Shown: positions 1 through 9,413 of the stretch, piece by piece
Layout: every line of letters starts with the position of its first letter
Position numbering within the stretch: the stretch's first letter is position 1
NCBI GenBank assembly: GCA_017383345.1
Contig: JAFNYE010000138.1
Coordinates: 1 to 39,909, forward strand
From: Alistipes sp.
GTDB taxonomy: Bacteria; Bacteroidota; Bacteroidia; Bacteroidales; Rikenellaceae
Length of the DNA stretch: 39,909 nt
Direction: 5' to 3'
Notes under the pieces: model-generated
Told to the model about the DNA's origin: nothing
Databases searched by the model: none
Seen by the model: the letters and a program-made list of their open reading frames with translations, nothing else
Made by a program: the position numbers and the translations under genes

Positions 1-744
1 GTTCATATACTCAAGCGAGAGGTTTGCCCAACGGTAGCCCTTGCTTAAATATGTAGTTGCAGGGCTATCAGACATCCACGCAATCTCAATACCTGCACCT
101 ACAGCAGCATTATAAGACGAAGCCATAACGGTTGAGTTACCAGTGCAGATAAAATGGCAGAACTTCTCAGCCTTCATCTGCTTAATAATCTCGCACGCGC
201 GCTCACAAGCCTTAATAGGATATTTTGTAAGCGTAGATGGCGAAGTGATGTTCTTGATATCAAGGATAAGGCGTGTGCAGAGCTTACCACCCTTAGCACT
301 ACCCTTCTCAGTCATAACAACCTTAATAAAGTCCTCAAGGGTCGAGAGTTGCTCTCCATTTGAAAGAGTACCACCCTTACGAAGCTCGGCAAGGGTATGC
401 TCCCACGGGTACATACCGTTAATCTGACAGTTTGCGTCAGCGTGAGCCACAACAACCTGATTATCCTTTGTCCAATAGATATCACACTCCGAACCGTAGC
501 AGCCAAGACTCATAGCATAGCGCAGAGCCTGCAATGAGTTATCCGGGCCGTCAGCCGACACATCGTTATCACGACCACGGTGGGCAATGATAATATTATC
601 CGCCTCATCAGGCTCAAGCTGTACCTCTGTCGGATTGTCATTACCTCCCGGCTCGCCCCAATTTGGGCCTACAGGATTATCCTCCTTACCGCAGGCAACA
701 AAGAGAGATGCAACAAGTGCAAAAGTTAGAATTTTCTTAATCAT
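1..744 (-). CDS. Glycerophosphodiester phosphodiesterase (GDPD) family lipoprotein, 3' end runs off the window; missing from the ORF track
   Basis: Manual translation from ATG at 744: MIKKILTFALVASLFVAC (lipobox), then IIIAHRG, PDNSLQAL and GSECDIYWTKDNQVVVAH, matching GDPD HRG, ENT and E-x-D..TKD..H motifs; frame open to base 1. Confidence 0.85.
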   Translation of the reverse strand, partial: MIKKILTFALVASLFVACGKEDNPVGPNWGEPGGNDNPTEVQLEPDEADNIIIAHRGRDNDVSADGPDNSLQALRYAMSLGCYGSECDIYWTKDNQVVVAHADANCQINGMYPWEHTLAELRKGGTLSNGEQLSTLEDFIKVVMTEKGSAKGGKLCTRLILDIKNITSPSTLTKYPIKACERACEIIKQMKAEKFCHFICTGNSTVMASSYNAAVGAGIEIAWMSDSPATTYLSKGYRWANLSLEYMN

Positions 745-753
745 TGTCTTGAT

Positions 754-782
754 AAAAGAGGGTGGTGGGGACTCCACCACCC
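754..782 (-). terminator. Intra-operon hairpin, terminator- or stabiliser-like
   Basis: GGGTGGTGG (760-768) / CCACCACCC (774-782) perfect 9-bp stem followed on the minus strand by TCTTTT. Confidence 0.55.
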
Positions 783-790
783 AAGTGTTA

Positions 791-2839
791 CTAATAGTTC
801 TTAACGCAACGGAAGCCCAAGATACCCTGGCCAATATCCATATTAGCCAACGCTGTAGTTGTTGCCGTAGAGCGATCTCCTGAGATAATCACATTAATAC
901 GCGCACCACCAGCATTAGGATAATCAGCAGGCTTAGAACCAGCCATTGGCAGTGGCACCCAAGACTGCATACGAACAGTCCACCACATAAAGCCCTGAGT
1001 CATAAAACGCCAACCAAGAGGGAAGTAGTTGAAGCCAAACTCGTCAGCACCCTCATCAACATAGAGTTTCTTTGTACCCCAATCCTTGGTATTACGCAAC
1101 CAGCAAGCAATATTAGGAACACCACCATCAACCATCTGCTTATAGGTACACTTGCTCTCATCTACCGGATAAGCGTGAGTACCACTCTTTGAAGCCTGAG
1201 CCATAGCATAGAAGAGGTCGAGCCAGTCAGCAGCATTAGCAACGTGCCAGCCGTAAGGACAGATACCCTGAGCCTGAACCTTAAGCATTGGATAAGCAGC
1301 CTCATCCTGCTCATTATTGCCTGTGTATTGGTCAATCTGAGTCTTGAGTGGAGCCTCCTTGATTGTGTAGGTAATACCGCGAGCATCGGTATATTTCTCG
1401 CCTACCTTCCAAGGGCCCTCCTCATAACGAGCATAGCCGATACCAAAGCGAGCCTCATAACCGAGGATCTCCTGATATGTATAGATACGGCCATCCTCAG
1501 AGTAAGTCTCAAGAGTACCATTTCCACTCTCTATTGTCTCAAAAGCAGGGTTCATGTTAGGATCATCCCAAGTTGTTGGGAAGGCTGATGTGCCATAGCC
1601 ACCGGTACCTATGGTACACGCAGGACTACAGTAATCCTTAGGGCCGTGATAGCACTTAACCATACCTGAACCGAGCTTAGGGTGGATATTACCACCATCC
1701 CAACGCATGTGCTCAACCATCCAGGTCTTCATTGAGCCGTCGCGAGCGATGTATGCCTTAGTCTTGTACTGGCTAACCATTTCGTCCGGCATAGCATACT
1801 CGTTAGTGATACGGCTCCACTCCCAAGTAAGGTCATTGTAGTTGATTGTAAGCGACATAAGACCGTTTGCAGTAACCTGTGGACCATTTACAGCCGAAGC
1901 ATCGCCCGACTCAATAACTGCCAACTTACCGCCATTCTCCAAAGCGTAGAACGGATAGGTCAAGGTACGAGAGTTGCGGTTGAGCAAAATCTGGTTACCC
2001 TCAGTGAAGAAGGTAGTGATGCTAAACACGCCATCTGTAACCTTATTCATCTGCAGCGAGCGCTCGATAGGGAGCTTATCAACTGAAGTACCATAGATGA
2101 AGCTCTGCTCCTGAAGTGGAAGCTGAACAACAGGGATGGTAAGAGATGCAAGTGAAGTCTCAGCAGAGCCTACGGTGATTGTCATAGTAGCCTCACGACC
2201 ATTTACTGTATCATCCCACGCCTGTGCAGTTACAGCAACTACACCAGGCTCAACAGCCTTAGCAGAGAGCCACTCAGCGCTACCCTCAGGGTAGGTGAAC
2301 GAGAATGCTGCCTCGTCCATATTTGTGGTATAGTTTACATTAACGGTACCACCCATAGCAACAAACTCAATCTGCTCTACAGAGGTTGAAACCTCGGCAT
2401 CTGCCAATGAGCCAAGCTGCTCAACAGGGATAGTGACAACATCACCATTAGCCACATTGAATACAAGGTTAAACGAGCGGGCAAAACCTGCATTAGCAGC
2501 TACAGACAACTCAATACCTGGTTCGATGATATCGTGAGTTGCGCCCGACCAAGTCTCCTTATGCTGAGAGTAAACCTCAGTCTTCTTTACAGTTACATAA
2601 TCAGCATCGCAGCTAACCTCCCAACCCAAATTTGAAGGGGTTACGCCCTGAAGTACGGTAACAACAGAGATAAGGTTCTCCTCGCCCGTACCCTCGGCTG
2701 CAAGCTGCTCAAGTACAGGATAGAGGCACACATGTGTAGCCTTCTCTGCACCCGATGTATCAACCTTTTGGCAAGAGGCTGCTACAAAGAGAGCCGCAAC
2801 GCCAAGAGCCAAATACTTGAAATATTGCATTGTTTTCAT
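791..2839 (-). CDS. Surface lipoprotein with BACON-like Ig domains, a possible SusE/F-like module and a C-terminal FISUMP (Fib_succ_major) domain
   Basis: Lipobox FVAASC; BACON-like W..V and N.R.A.MTI patterns; FISUMP-like motifs WMVEHMR, GRIYTY, QGICPYGWHVA, FGFNYFPLGWR and terminal GFRCVKN. Confidence 0.75.
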   Translation of the reverse strand: MKTMQYFKYLALGVAALFVAASCQKVDTSGAEKATHVCLYPVLEQLAAEGTGEENLISVVTVLQGVTPSNLGWEVSCDADYVTVKKTEVYSQHKETWSGATHDIIEPGIELSVAANAGFARSFNLVFNVANGDVVTIPVEQLGSLADAEVSTSVEQIEFVAMGGTVNVNYTTNMDEAAFSFTYPEGSAEWLSAKAVEPGVVAVTAQAWDDTVNGREATMTITVGSAETSLASLTIPVVQLPLQEQSFIYGTSVDKLPIERSLQMNKVTDGVFSITTFFTEGNQILLNRNSRTLTYPFYALENGGKLAVIESGDASAVNGPQVTANGLMSLTINYNDLTWEWSRITNEYAMPDEMVSQYKTKAYIARDGSMKTWMVEHMRWDGGNIHPKLGSGMVKCYHGPKDYCSPACTIGTGGYGTSAFPTTWDDPNMNPAFETIESGNGTLETYSEDGRIYTYQEILGYEARFGIGYARYEEGPWKVGEKYTDARGITYTIKEAPLKTQIDQYTGNNEQDEAAYPMLKVQAQGICPYGWHVANAADWLDLFYAMAQASKSGTHAYPVDESKCTYKQMVDGGVPNIACWLRNTKDWGTKKLYVDEGADEFGFNYFPLGWRFMTQGFMWWTVRMQSWVPLPMAGSKPADYPNAGGARINVIISGDRSTATTTALANMDIGQGILGFRCVKNY

Positions 2840-2864
2840 AATGTTCTGTTATTTAAGTTCTACA

Positions 2865-4361
2865 TTAGCTCCAGCCCTCAGTCTGGGTGAGTTTGTAGTT
2901 TTTGTTGATAGCCGAGCGGCTGATAGGCCACAAGAGGATGTTAGGATTGAGCTCCTGCATCTTCTTAAGCTCAGGGTTGAACTTCCAAATGTTATCCAAA
3001 CGGATAAGAGCCCACCAGATAACACCCTCAGCAGGGAACTCGAGGAAGTACTCGTTTGTAAGAGCCTCCAAAACGCCCTCCTTAGTTGCTGTGGTATAGA
3101 AGTTATCCTTACCATAAGCACGCTTTGCAATGATATTTACATAGTCAAGAGCGCGGGTGTAGTTCTTCTTGTAGTACTCCAACTCAGCAGCCAACATTAC
3201 AGCCAAAGCGTAACGGTAGTAAGGGATATCTGCATCGAGAACTGTGATAGCGCTCGACATATCGCCCAGATACTTGTTACACCAAGTCATATTCTGACCT
3301 GCTGCACCATAGTTACCATCGCCCAAGTTGGTTGCAACGCGCTTGTCGCCATTCTTATCGCGGCTGTCACGAAGCACCTGAAGGAACTGAGGCTGATAGC
3401 TCCACCACTGTGTAGCCAAAATTGGCACAGGCTTCTGGCAGTAATCCTTCTTAACCAAGTTATTAGGCATATAGAAATACTGATAGAAACCACCTGTATA
3501 TTGCTCTGCCATATCGTTCTTGAGAACGAATACCATCTCGCTATTGCACTTGTTCTTGTAGTCAAAAACCTTAGCGTAGTCAGTAAGCAGGCGTGAAGCG
3601 CTGATGCCGATTGCATCGATAGCATCCTGAGCCAAAGTGAGATAGTCGTCACCACCCTTCTGGTTGGTGTACATCCAAAGAGCATACTCAGCCTTGAGGA
3701 TATACAATGCGTCAGCAGTAGCAAAGTACTTCTCAGTACCCAAAAGTGACGCGTACTGTTCAGCAGCCTCGATATCCTTGCCAATCTGAGCATAAACCTC
3801 AGCAGCAGTAGCGCGTACAGGATAAGTCTCAGGCTGAGTTGTTGACTCAACAGGAACAAGATTGAGTGGCACGCCACCCCAAATACGAGCAGCCCAGAAG
3901 TAGAGATATGCACGAGCAAAGAGTGCCTGACCGAGGCAGAAACCGCGTGCTTTGTCGTCCATTTCTACGATAGGAGCATACTTAATTACAGCGTTAGCCT
4001 GGTCAATAGCCGAATAGAGAGCTGACCACGAACAAGATGCTGTTGCAGAGTTCATTGTTGAGCGACGGCAGTCCTGCATATCTGCATCCTGCACATTGCT
4101 CTCGAGGCTTGGGCCCCACATATAGTCACCCACGCGAACCTCACCCCAATAGAAGATGTTGCAGTCAACATCGACAAAGTTGGCGCGAATACGCTGGTAG
4201 ATACCGTATGTAGATTGCTCCACATCGGTCTGGTCTTTCCACATATTTGATGCAGAAAGCTTATTATCCTGAATAATATTCAAATCTCCGTGGCACGAGG
4301 TAAGCACCGCAGCCATAATCAGAGCAGGCAGGATAAATCCGAAATATCTATTAATTTTCAT
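2865..4361 (-). CDS. susD: SusD/RagB family nutrient-binding lipoprotein
   Basis: Lipobox VLTSC; WSALYSAIDQANAVI, GQALFARAYLYF, WGGVPL, EFPAEGVIWWALIR, terminal QTEGW; directly downstream of susC. Confidence 0.93.
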   Translation of the reverse strand: MKINRYFGFILPALIMAAVLTSCHGDLNIIQDNKLSASNMWKDQTDVEQSTYGIYQRIRANFVDVDCNIFYWGEVRVGDYMWGPSLESNVQDADMQDCRRSTMNSATASCSWSALYSAIDQANAVIKYAPIVEMDDKARGFCLGQALFARAYLYFWAARIWGGVPLNLVPVESTTQPETYPVRATAAEVYAQIGKDIEAAEQYASLLGTEKYFATADALYILKAEYALWMYTNQKGGDDYLTLAQDAIDAIGISASRLLTDYAKVFDYKNKCNSEMVFVLKNDMAEQYTGGFYQYFYMPNNLVKKDYCQKPVPILATQWWSYQPQFLQVLRDSRDKNGDKRVATNLGDGNYGAAGQNMTWCNKYLGDMSSAITVLDADIPYYRYALAVMLAAELEYYKKNYTRALDYVNIIAKRAYGKDNFYTTATKEGVLEALTNEYFLEFPAEGVIWWALIRLDNIWKFNPELKKMQELNPNILLWPISRSAINKNYKLTQTEGWS

Positions 4362-4388
4362 ATCTTTAATCTGTTAATGGTTAAGTGC

Positions 4389-7300
4389 TTAGAATGTAAG
4401 TTTTACATTGAACAGAACCTTGCGTGCAGGAGGTGCGATTGAACCGTTTGAAGAACCGTTGTTTACAGATGAGTACATACCTGCATCTGCATCGGTTGCG
4501 ATACCTGTCTCAGGGTTGATAGCACCGCTAAGACCGGTCCAGTAGCACAAAGTGTTACCTGTAACACCAACAGTTACCTTCTTGATACCAACCTTCTTGG
4601 TCCACTTCTGCGGAAGATCGTAGAAGAGCGATACATCGCGCAAGCAGAGGTAGTCAGCGCGCTCAACATTAAAGTCAGAAGCACGAGAGAAGTTACGGTT
4701 ACCAAAGTCTGCATCGTTAGGGAAGAAGCGTGCGTACTTACCCTCACCTGGGGCTGTCCAACAGTCATAAACCATCTTATCGAGGTTAGAGTTGCTGTTA
4801 CCCAGAGTGTTCTGGAACATACGCGACTTCATATAGTTGTAAATCGAGTGACCGATAGCATAATCAACATAGATATGGAGTGAGAGGTTCTTGTACTTGA
4901 AAGTATTGCCCAAACCACCGGTTGAGTGAGGAACAACATTTCCGAGGCAGAACATATCCTCGCCATCAATCTGCTCGTCACCATTTGGAAGGCGAGCTGA
5001 GCCCTCGCGGTTCATAAAGGCGTAGTCACCAACATCCTTACGACCTGCAATGCTTTGACCGTCGCTACGACGATAACCTGCACCCTGAGCATCAAAGAGA
5101 GCTGCATCAGCCTCTGCCTCAGACTCGATGATGTGTGAGATCTTGTATCCCCAAATGCGGCCCAACTCCTCGCCTACAGCGGTACCACCAAAGCGCTCGC
5201 CGCTAACAGACATCTTGTAGCCACCAATACGCCAAGCATCCTTACCATTAAGGTCGGTGTACTTATACTCGTCTGGCAATGAGAGTACCTTATTCTTAGA
5301 GAATGAGTATGTGAACGATGTTGTCCAAGTGAAGTTCTTCTTCTGGATATTTACAGAGTTAATCTCCAACTCGAAACCATAGAAGCGTGCGCTACCGATG
5401 TTAGCCTTAACTGAGCCAAATGAGCCGGTATCAGGCAGAGTAATCGAGAAGAGCATATTGTCGGTTACCTTGTTATAATAGTCAACAACTACTCTGAGTC
5501 GGTCGTTGAAGAAGCCCATATCAAGACCCAAATCCAACTGAGTGGTAGTCTCCCACTTCATACCTGAGTTCATCATCGCGCTTGGCAACATTGTTGAGTG
5601 CTTACCATATACGCTTGGAGAGAATGCACCGTAGGTATCATACAAACCGATACCGTTGTTACCGGTCTGACCGTAAGATGCACGGAACTTGAAGGTGTTC
5701 ATCTTGGTCTTAGATACATCCCAGAATGGCTCCTCAGAGATAATCCACGCTACCGAACCTGCAGGGAAGTAACCCCACTGGTTACCTGGAGCGAACTTTG
5801 ATGAACCATCGGCACGGAATGTGAACGAAGCAACATAACGGTTGTCATAGTCGTAGTTTACACGACCAAAGTAAGAGATAAGAGCCTGAATCTCGTCCTT
5901 ATTTGAAGCCTCAAACTCAGTACCAGAGTCAAGGATAGGCACCTTATCAGAAACAGAGTTCTTAGATGTTGCTGTCAAGTACCAATAGCGCCACTTCATA
6001 TAGTCGTAACCGGCGGTAACATTAAGGTTGTGAACATCCTTAAATGTACCCTTATAGTTCAAGAAGGCCTGGAATGAGTCACGGTGTGTCTCAGTACGAG
6101 TCTCGGTTGTAGAACGGGTTGTACTAACGAAGTTTGGAGAGTCGCCATCAGCACCAAGTGCGTAGTATGAACCACGATAAGCGTTGTTGAACATTGCATA
6201 CTGAGCTGTAGCGGTCAAGCCCTTAGCGATAGTCCACTTGAGGTTGAAGTTACCCATCATACGGGTGGTCTGAGTCTCGCGATCATAGAACTGCTCATAG
6301 AAGGCAGCAGTCTGCTGGTTCTTGTTAGTACCACCGGTAATCCAGTTACCATCCTCGTCATAGTTACGAGAGGTTGGAGCCATCATAATACCACGACCCA
6401 TAGAGTTGAAGTAGTTGGTCACAAGCGGATTCTTCTTTGAACGAGAGAGATCGAATGTTGTAGATGCAACCAAGTTCTTAGTCACATTAAAGCTGGTATT
6501 ACCGTGCATAGTAAATACCTTGTACTTGCTCATTGCAACCATACCGTCATCGCCCAAGTAACTAACCGATGCAGCATACTTAACCTTATCAGAGCCACCG
6601 TTAACACCTACATACTCCTTGTGCCAGAAGGCGTTACCAAACCAAGCTGACTGGTGATCAGTATCCTTAAATGTAAGGAACTTGCCAGGGTTGATTGGGT
6701 CCTCCATCCACTGCCAACCTGGAGCTGGATCCTCGCCGTGCTCAAGGAAGCGTGTTGTAAAGGTTGAGTTAGGGGCGGTGTTACCTGTACCGGCAGCATT
6801 TGCGCCATTGAGTACACCAGCAGCATTTGGACCCTCAACGATAGCAGGACGAACAAACGAGATAAACTCCTTTGCATTCATCAAGTCCCACTTACGAGCA
6901 GGAGAGGTCCAACCCAACTGTGCGTCAAAGATAATCTCAGGAGCGCTCTTTGTACCACGCTTTGTGGTTACCAAGATTACACCGTTAGATGCACGCGCAC
7001 CATAGATACCCGCTGAAGCAGCATCCTTGAGTACCTCGATAGACTCAATATCGTTAGGGTTGATGTCGTTCATATCGCGAGTAACGCCATCAACGATAAC
7101 AACAGGGTCGTTTGAGAGGTTGATAGACGAACCACCACGAATCATAAAGCGTGGAGCCTCACCGGCAATAGTGTTGTTGCTTGCTACGCGCAAACCTGAC
7201 ACCTTACCCTTCAAAGCATCACCCACATTTGATACAGGAGCATCAAACAGAGTAGCACCATCAACCTTAGAGATAGCAGTGGTCAATGTACGACGCGACT

Positions 7301-7910
7301 GAGTACCGTAACCTACAACCACAACCTCGTCCATAGATGTAGCAGACTCCTTGAGTACTACATCGATAGTCGAACGACGACCTACAGCCTCCATAACATC
7401 GGTATAACCGATATAAGAGAAGCCCAAAGTGTCGTTGCTCTTTGCGGTGAGGGTGTACTTACCCTGCATATCGGTTGTAGTACCGTTTGTGGTACCCTCA
7501 ACCCATACGGTTACGCCGATGAGCGGATTACCCGCAGCATCTTTAACCACACCTGCTACCGTAGTGGTGCGAGCCGGAGCCTGTGCCACAGCTGCACGCT
7601 TGGTAACGATAATGCTCTTGCCATCGACTGTAGTCTCAACATTTTGACCGGCAAAGATTTTGCCCAAAACGCTTGACAACTCTTCGTCTTTGGCGTCAAT
7701 AGAGACAGCGGCGTCCATATCGACATCGCTGATCTTAACAGAAATTGAGTAGCCCTGCTTCTGAAGCGACTGTATCGCCTGCTGAACAGTTGCATCCTTC
7801 AACTTCAAGTTGACTTTCTGCGCCTCAACTGAGAGCGGAAGAGCCAACATCACACACATCGCAAGCAGAATGCTCCACTTTCGACGCTGAGAGGAAACTT
7901 TTGTTCTCAT
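4389..7910 (-). CDS. susC: SusC/RagA TonB-dependent transporter with N-terminal STN signalling domain
   Basis: STN-like KVNLKLKDATVQQAI..DGKSIIV; CarboxypepD-like domain; DEVVVVGYG; IEVLKDAASAGIYGARASNGVILVTTK; C-terminal Phe. Confidence 0.96.
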   Translation of the reverse strand: MRTKVSSQRRKWSILLAMCVMLALPLSVEAQKVNLKLKDATVQQAIQSLQKQGYSISVKISDVDMDAAVSIDAKDEELSSVLGKIFAGQNVETTVDGKSIIVTKRAAVAQAPARTTTVAGVVKDAAGNPLIGVTVWVEGTTNGTTTDMQGKYTLTAKSNDTLGFSYIGYTDVMEAVGRRSTIDVVLKESATSMDEVVVVGYGTQSRRTLTTAISKVDGATLFDAPVSNVGDALKGKVSGLRVASNNTIAGEAPRFMIRGGSSINLSNDPVVIVDGVTRDMNDINPNDIESIEVLKDAASAGIYGARASNGVILVTTKRGTKSAPEIIFDAQLGWTSPARKWDLMNAKEFISFVRPAIVEGPNAAGVLNGANAAGTGNTAPNSTFTTRFLEHGEDPAPGWQWMEDPINPGKFLTFKDTDHQSAWFGNAFWHKEYVGVNGGSDKVKYAASVSYLGDDGMVAMSKYKVFTMHGNTSFNVTKNLVASTTFDLSRSKKNPLVTNYFNSMGRGIMMAPTSRNYDEDGNWITGGTNKNQQTAAFYEQFYDRETQTTRMMGNFNLKWTIAKGLTATAQYAMFNNAYRGSYYALGADGDSPNFVSTTRSTTETRTETHRDSFQAFLNYKGTFKDVHNLNVTAGYDYMKWRYWYLTATSKNSVSDKVPILDSGTEFEASNKDEIQALISYFGRVNYDYDNRYVASFTFRADGSSKFAPGNQWGYFPAGSVAWIISEEPFWDVSKTKMNTFKFRASYGQTGNNGIGLYDTYGAFSPSVYGKHSTMLPSAMMNSGMKWETTTQLDLGLDMGFFNDRLRVVVDYYNKVTDNMLFSITLPDTGSFGSVKANIGSARFYGFELEINSVNIQKKNFTWTTSFTYSFSKNKVLSLPDEYKYTDLNGKDAWRIGGYKMSVSGERFGGTAVGEELGRIWGYKISHIIESEAEADAALFDAQGAGYRRSDGQSIAGRKDVGDYAFMNREGSARLPNGDEQIDGEDMFCLGNVVPHSTGGLGNTFKYKNLSLHIYVDYAIGHSIYNYMKSRMFQNTLGNSNSNLDKMVYDCWTAPGEGKYARFFPNDADFGNRNFSRASDFNVERADYLCLRDVSLFYDLPQKWTKKVGIKKVTVGVTGNTLCYWTGLSGAINPETGIATDADAGMYSSVNNGSSNGSIAPPARKVLFNVKLTF

Positions 7911-7951
7911 AGTGTTAAGTTTTGATTAATAATTAGGTTATCTAAAAAGTG

Positions 7952-8938
7952 TTATTTCTTTCGCAAGTGTATCTCTCCCCCACGCCAATAGTAACTCATC
8001 GTGCCGTTCTGCTCCAAGGTGGAAAGAATGCGGTCAAGCGACTCGTTGTTCACAAAGGCCGAGTAGTAACGCTCATCAGCCAAAGAGGCCTGGTCTATAA
8101 CAATGCGCACATCGAAAAGACGCTCCAGCTGAGATGCTATATCGCCCAAACGGGAGTTTACGAATGTGAGATTACGCGCTGCAGGGTCGTCATCAAACAT
8201 ATCTGAAGGGATGTTGTCACAAATAATGCGACCCGAGAGTTTATCCAGCTTAACAAGGTTACCAGGATACATACGCACCACACGGTTCTCCTTGAGCGAC
8301 TTGGTCTGCATATCTATTGAGCCCTCAAGCAACAAAAGCTCCACCTCGCTATTACTCTCGTATGAGCGGATGTTGAAACGGGTACCGTGTACAACCACAT
8401 CAATCTGGTCGGCAGAGACAATAAAGCGGCGCATCTGATCCTTGGCAATGTCGGCATAGGCCTCGCCTGAAAGATAGACACGACGCACATTGGAGTCAAA
8501 CTTTGACGGGTAGATGAGTCGAGAGCCAGGCGCAAGACGAAATACCGAGCCATCCTCAAGAGTCACAACACGACTCTCCGCGCGGGCAACATAAACCTCC
8601 TGCCACTCCACACGCTCCGACTTGAAAATGGTATGGGCAATAGCCACCAACGCCAACGCAATAACCACAATGGCAGCCACACGCGAGAACGACTCAATAA
8701 TCTTATTGCGAAGAACTCGGTTGTCACTCTTGGTTATACGGGCCATAACAGAATCGTAACCCTGCTTTGTTGTGGCCTTGTTAGGCTTTACAACAATACG
8801 CTCCCATTCGCTGAGTAGCTGTGCATCCTTCTGCTCAGCATCTGTAGGATCGGTAAACCAATCGGCAAACTCACGCGACACAGACTCAGGATAGCTGTGC
8901 AATATGTAAGATGTAATTATGCTCTTAATCTTTGACAT
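7952..8938 (-). CDS. fecR: FecR-family anti-sigma / transmembrane signal transducer
   Basis: Start reassigned to ATG at 8938 (MSKIKSII) because the longer ORF extends into the repeat array; one TM helix; VTLEDGS..LAPGSRLIYP, RRVYLSGEAY, VVVHGTRFNI, LERLFDVRI motifs. Confidence 0.9.
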   Translation of the reverse strand: MSKIKSIITSYILHSYPESVSREFADWFTDPTDAEQKDAQLLSEWERIVVKPNKATTKQGYDSVMARITKSDNRVLRNKIIESFSRVAAIVVIALALVAIAHTIFKSERVEWQEVYVARAESRVVTLEDGSVFRLAPGSRLIYPSKFDSNVRRVYLSGEAYADIAKDQMRRFIVSADQIDVVVHGTRFNIRSYESNSEVELLLLEGSIDMQTKSLKENRVVRMYPGNLVKLDKLSGRIICDNIPSDMFDDDPAARNLTFVNSRLGDIASQLERLFDVRIVIDQASLADERYYSAFVNNESLDRILSTLEQNGTMSYYWRGGEIHLRKK

Positions 8939-9040
8939 AACTTTGTGTTTTTTCTGCTTTTGTATTAAGACACTTTTGTAAAACGCTACACCCAACTCAA
9001 GATGAAAAAATGGATAAAAAACACTTGGGAATAAAAGAAC

Positions 9041-9090
9041 AAAAAAAATACCCGCGATGGGACATACTCTCGTATTTCCCATTGCGGGCA
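9041..9090 (-). terminator. Probable intrinsic terminator of the FN3-like lipoprotein transcript (last palindrome of the array in the minus direction)
   Basis: Stem CCCGCGATGGGA (9051-9062) / TCCCATTGCGGG (9077-9088) followed on the minus strand by an 8-T run (9041-9048). Confidence 0.6.
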
Positions 9091-9413
9091 GTTAGGTTGT
9101 GTGCAACCGATAGCGCGTTTCTTGGCATAAAGGCTCTTTGGCGCACGGATTTTATCAAGAGAATGCGGTAGGTATAACGCTCGACTAAAATACCCGCGAT
9201 GGGACACTCTCGTATTTCCCATTGCGGGCAGTTAGGTTGTGTGCAACCGATAGCGCGTTTCTTGGCCAAAGGCTCTTTGGCGCACTGATTTTATCAAGAT
9301 AATGCGGTAGGTATAACGCTCGACTAAAATACCCGCGATGGGACATACTCTCGTATTTCCCATTGCGGGCAGTTTAGTTAGCGGCAATAGATACCGCGTT
9401 ATCTTGATAAAAT
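9045..9413. repeat. Tandem array of ~140-bp palindromic units, REP/BIME-like (2 full units plus a partial, partly diverged third)
   Basis: Unit starts (AAAATACCCGCGATGGGAC) at 9045, 9187 and 9326, periods 142 and 139; inter-palindrome segments nearly identical; 22-bp inverted repeat 9288-9309 / 9392-9413 with one mismatch. Confidence 0.95.

Noticed and set aside
2817-3596. 259-aa plus-strand ORF
   Set aside because: Antisense shadow of susD, explained by its codon bias; no motifs. The same applies to the many short ORFs inside susC, rpoB and rpoC
8939-9269. ORFs 8986-9222 and 8997-9269, and the 48-aa N-terminal extension of fecR
   Set aside because: Translations of the repeat array and terminator; no protein-like features
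9045-9372. CRISPR array
   Set aside because: Segments between the palindromes are ~95 nt and almost identical rather than unique spacers; no cas genes in the window
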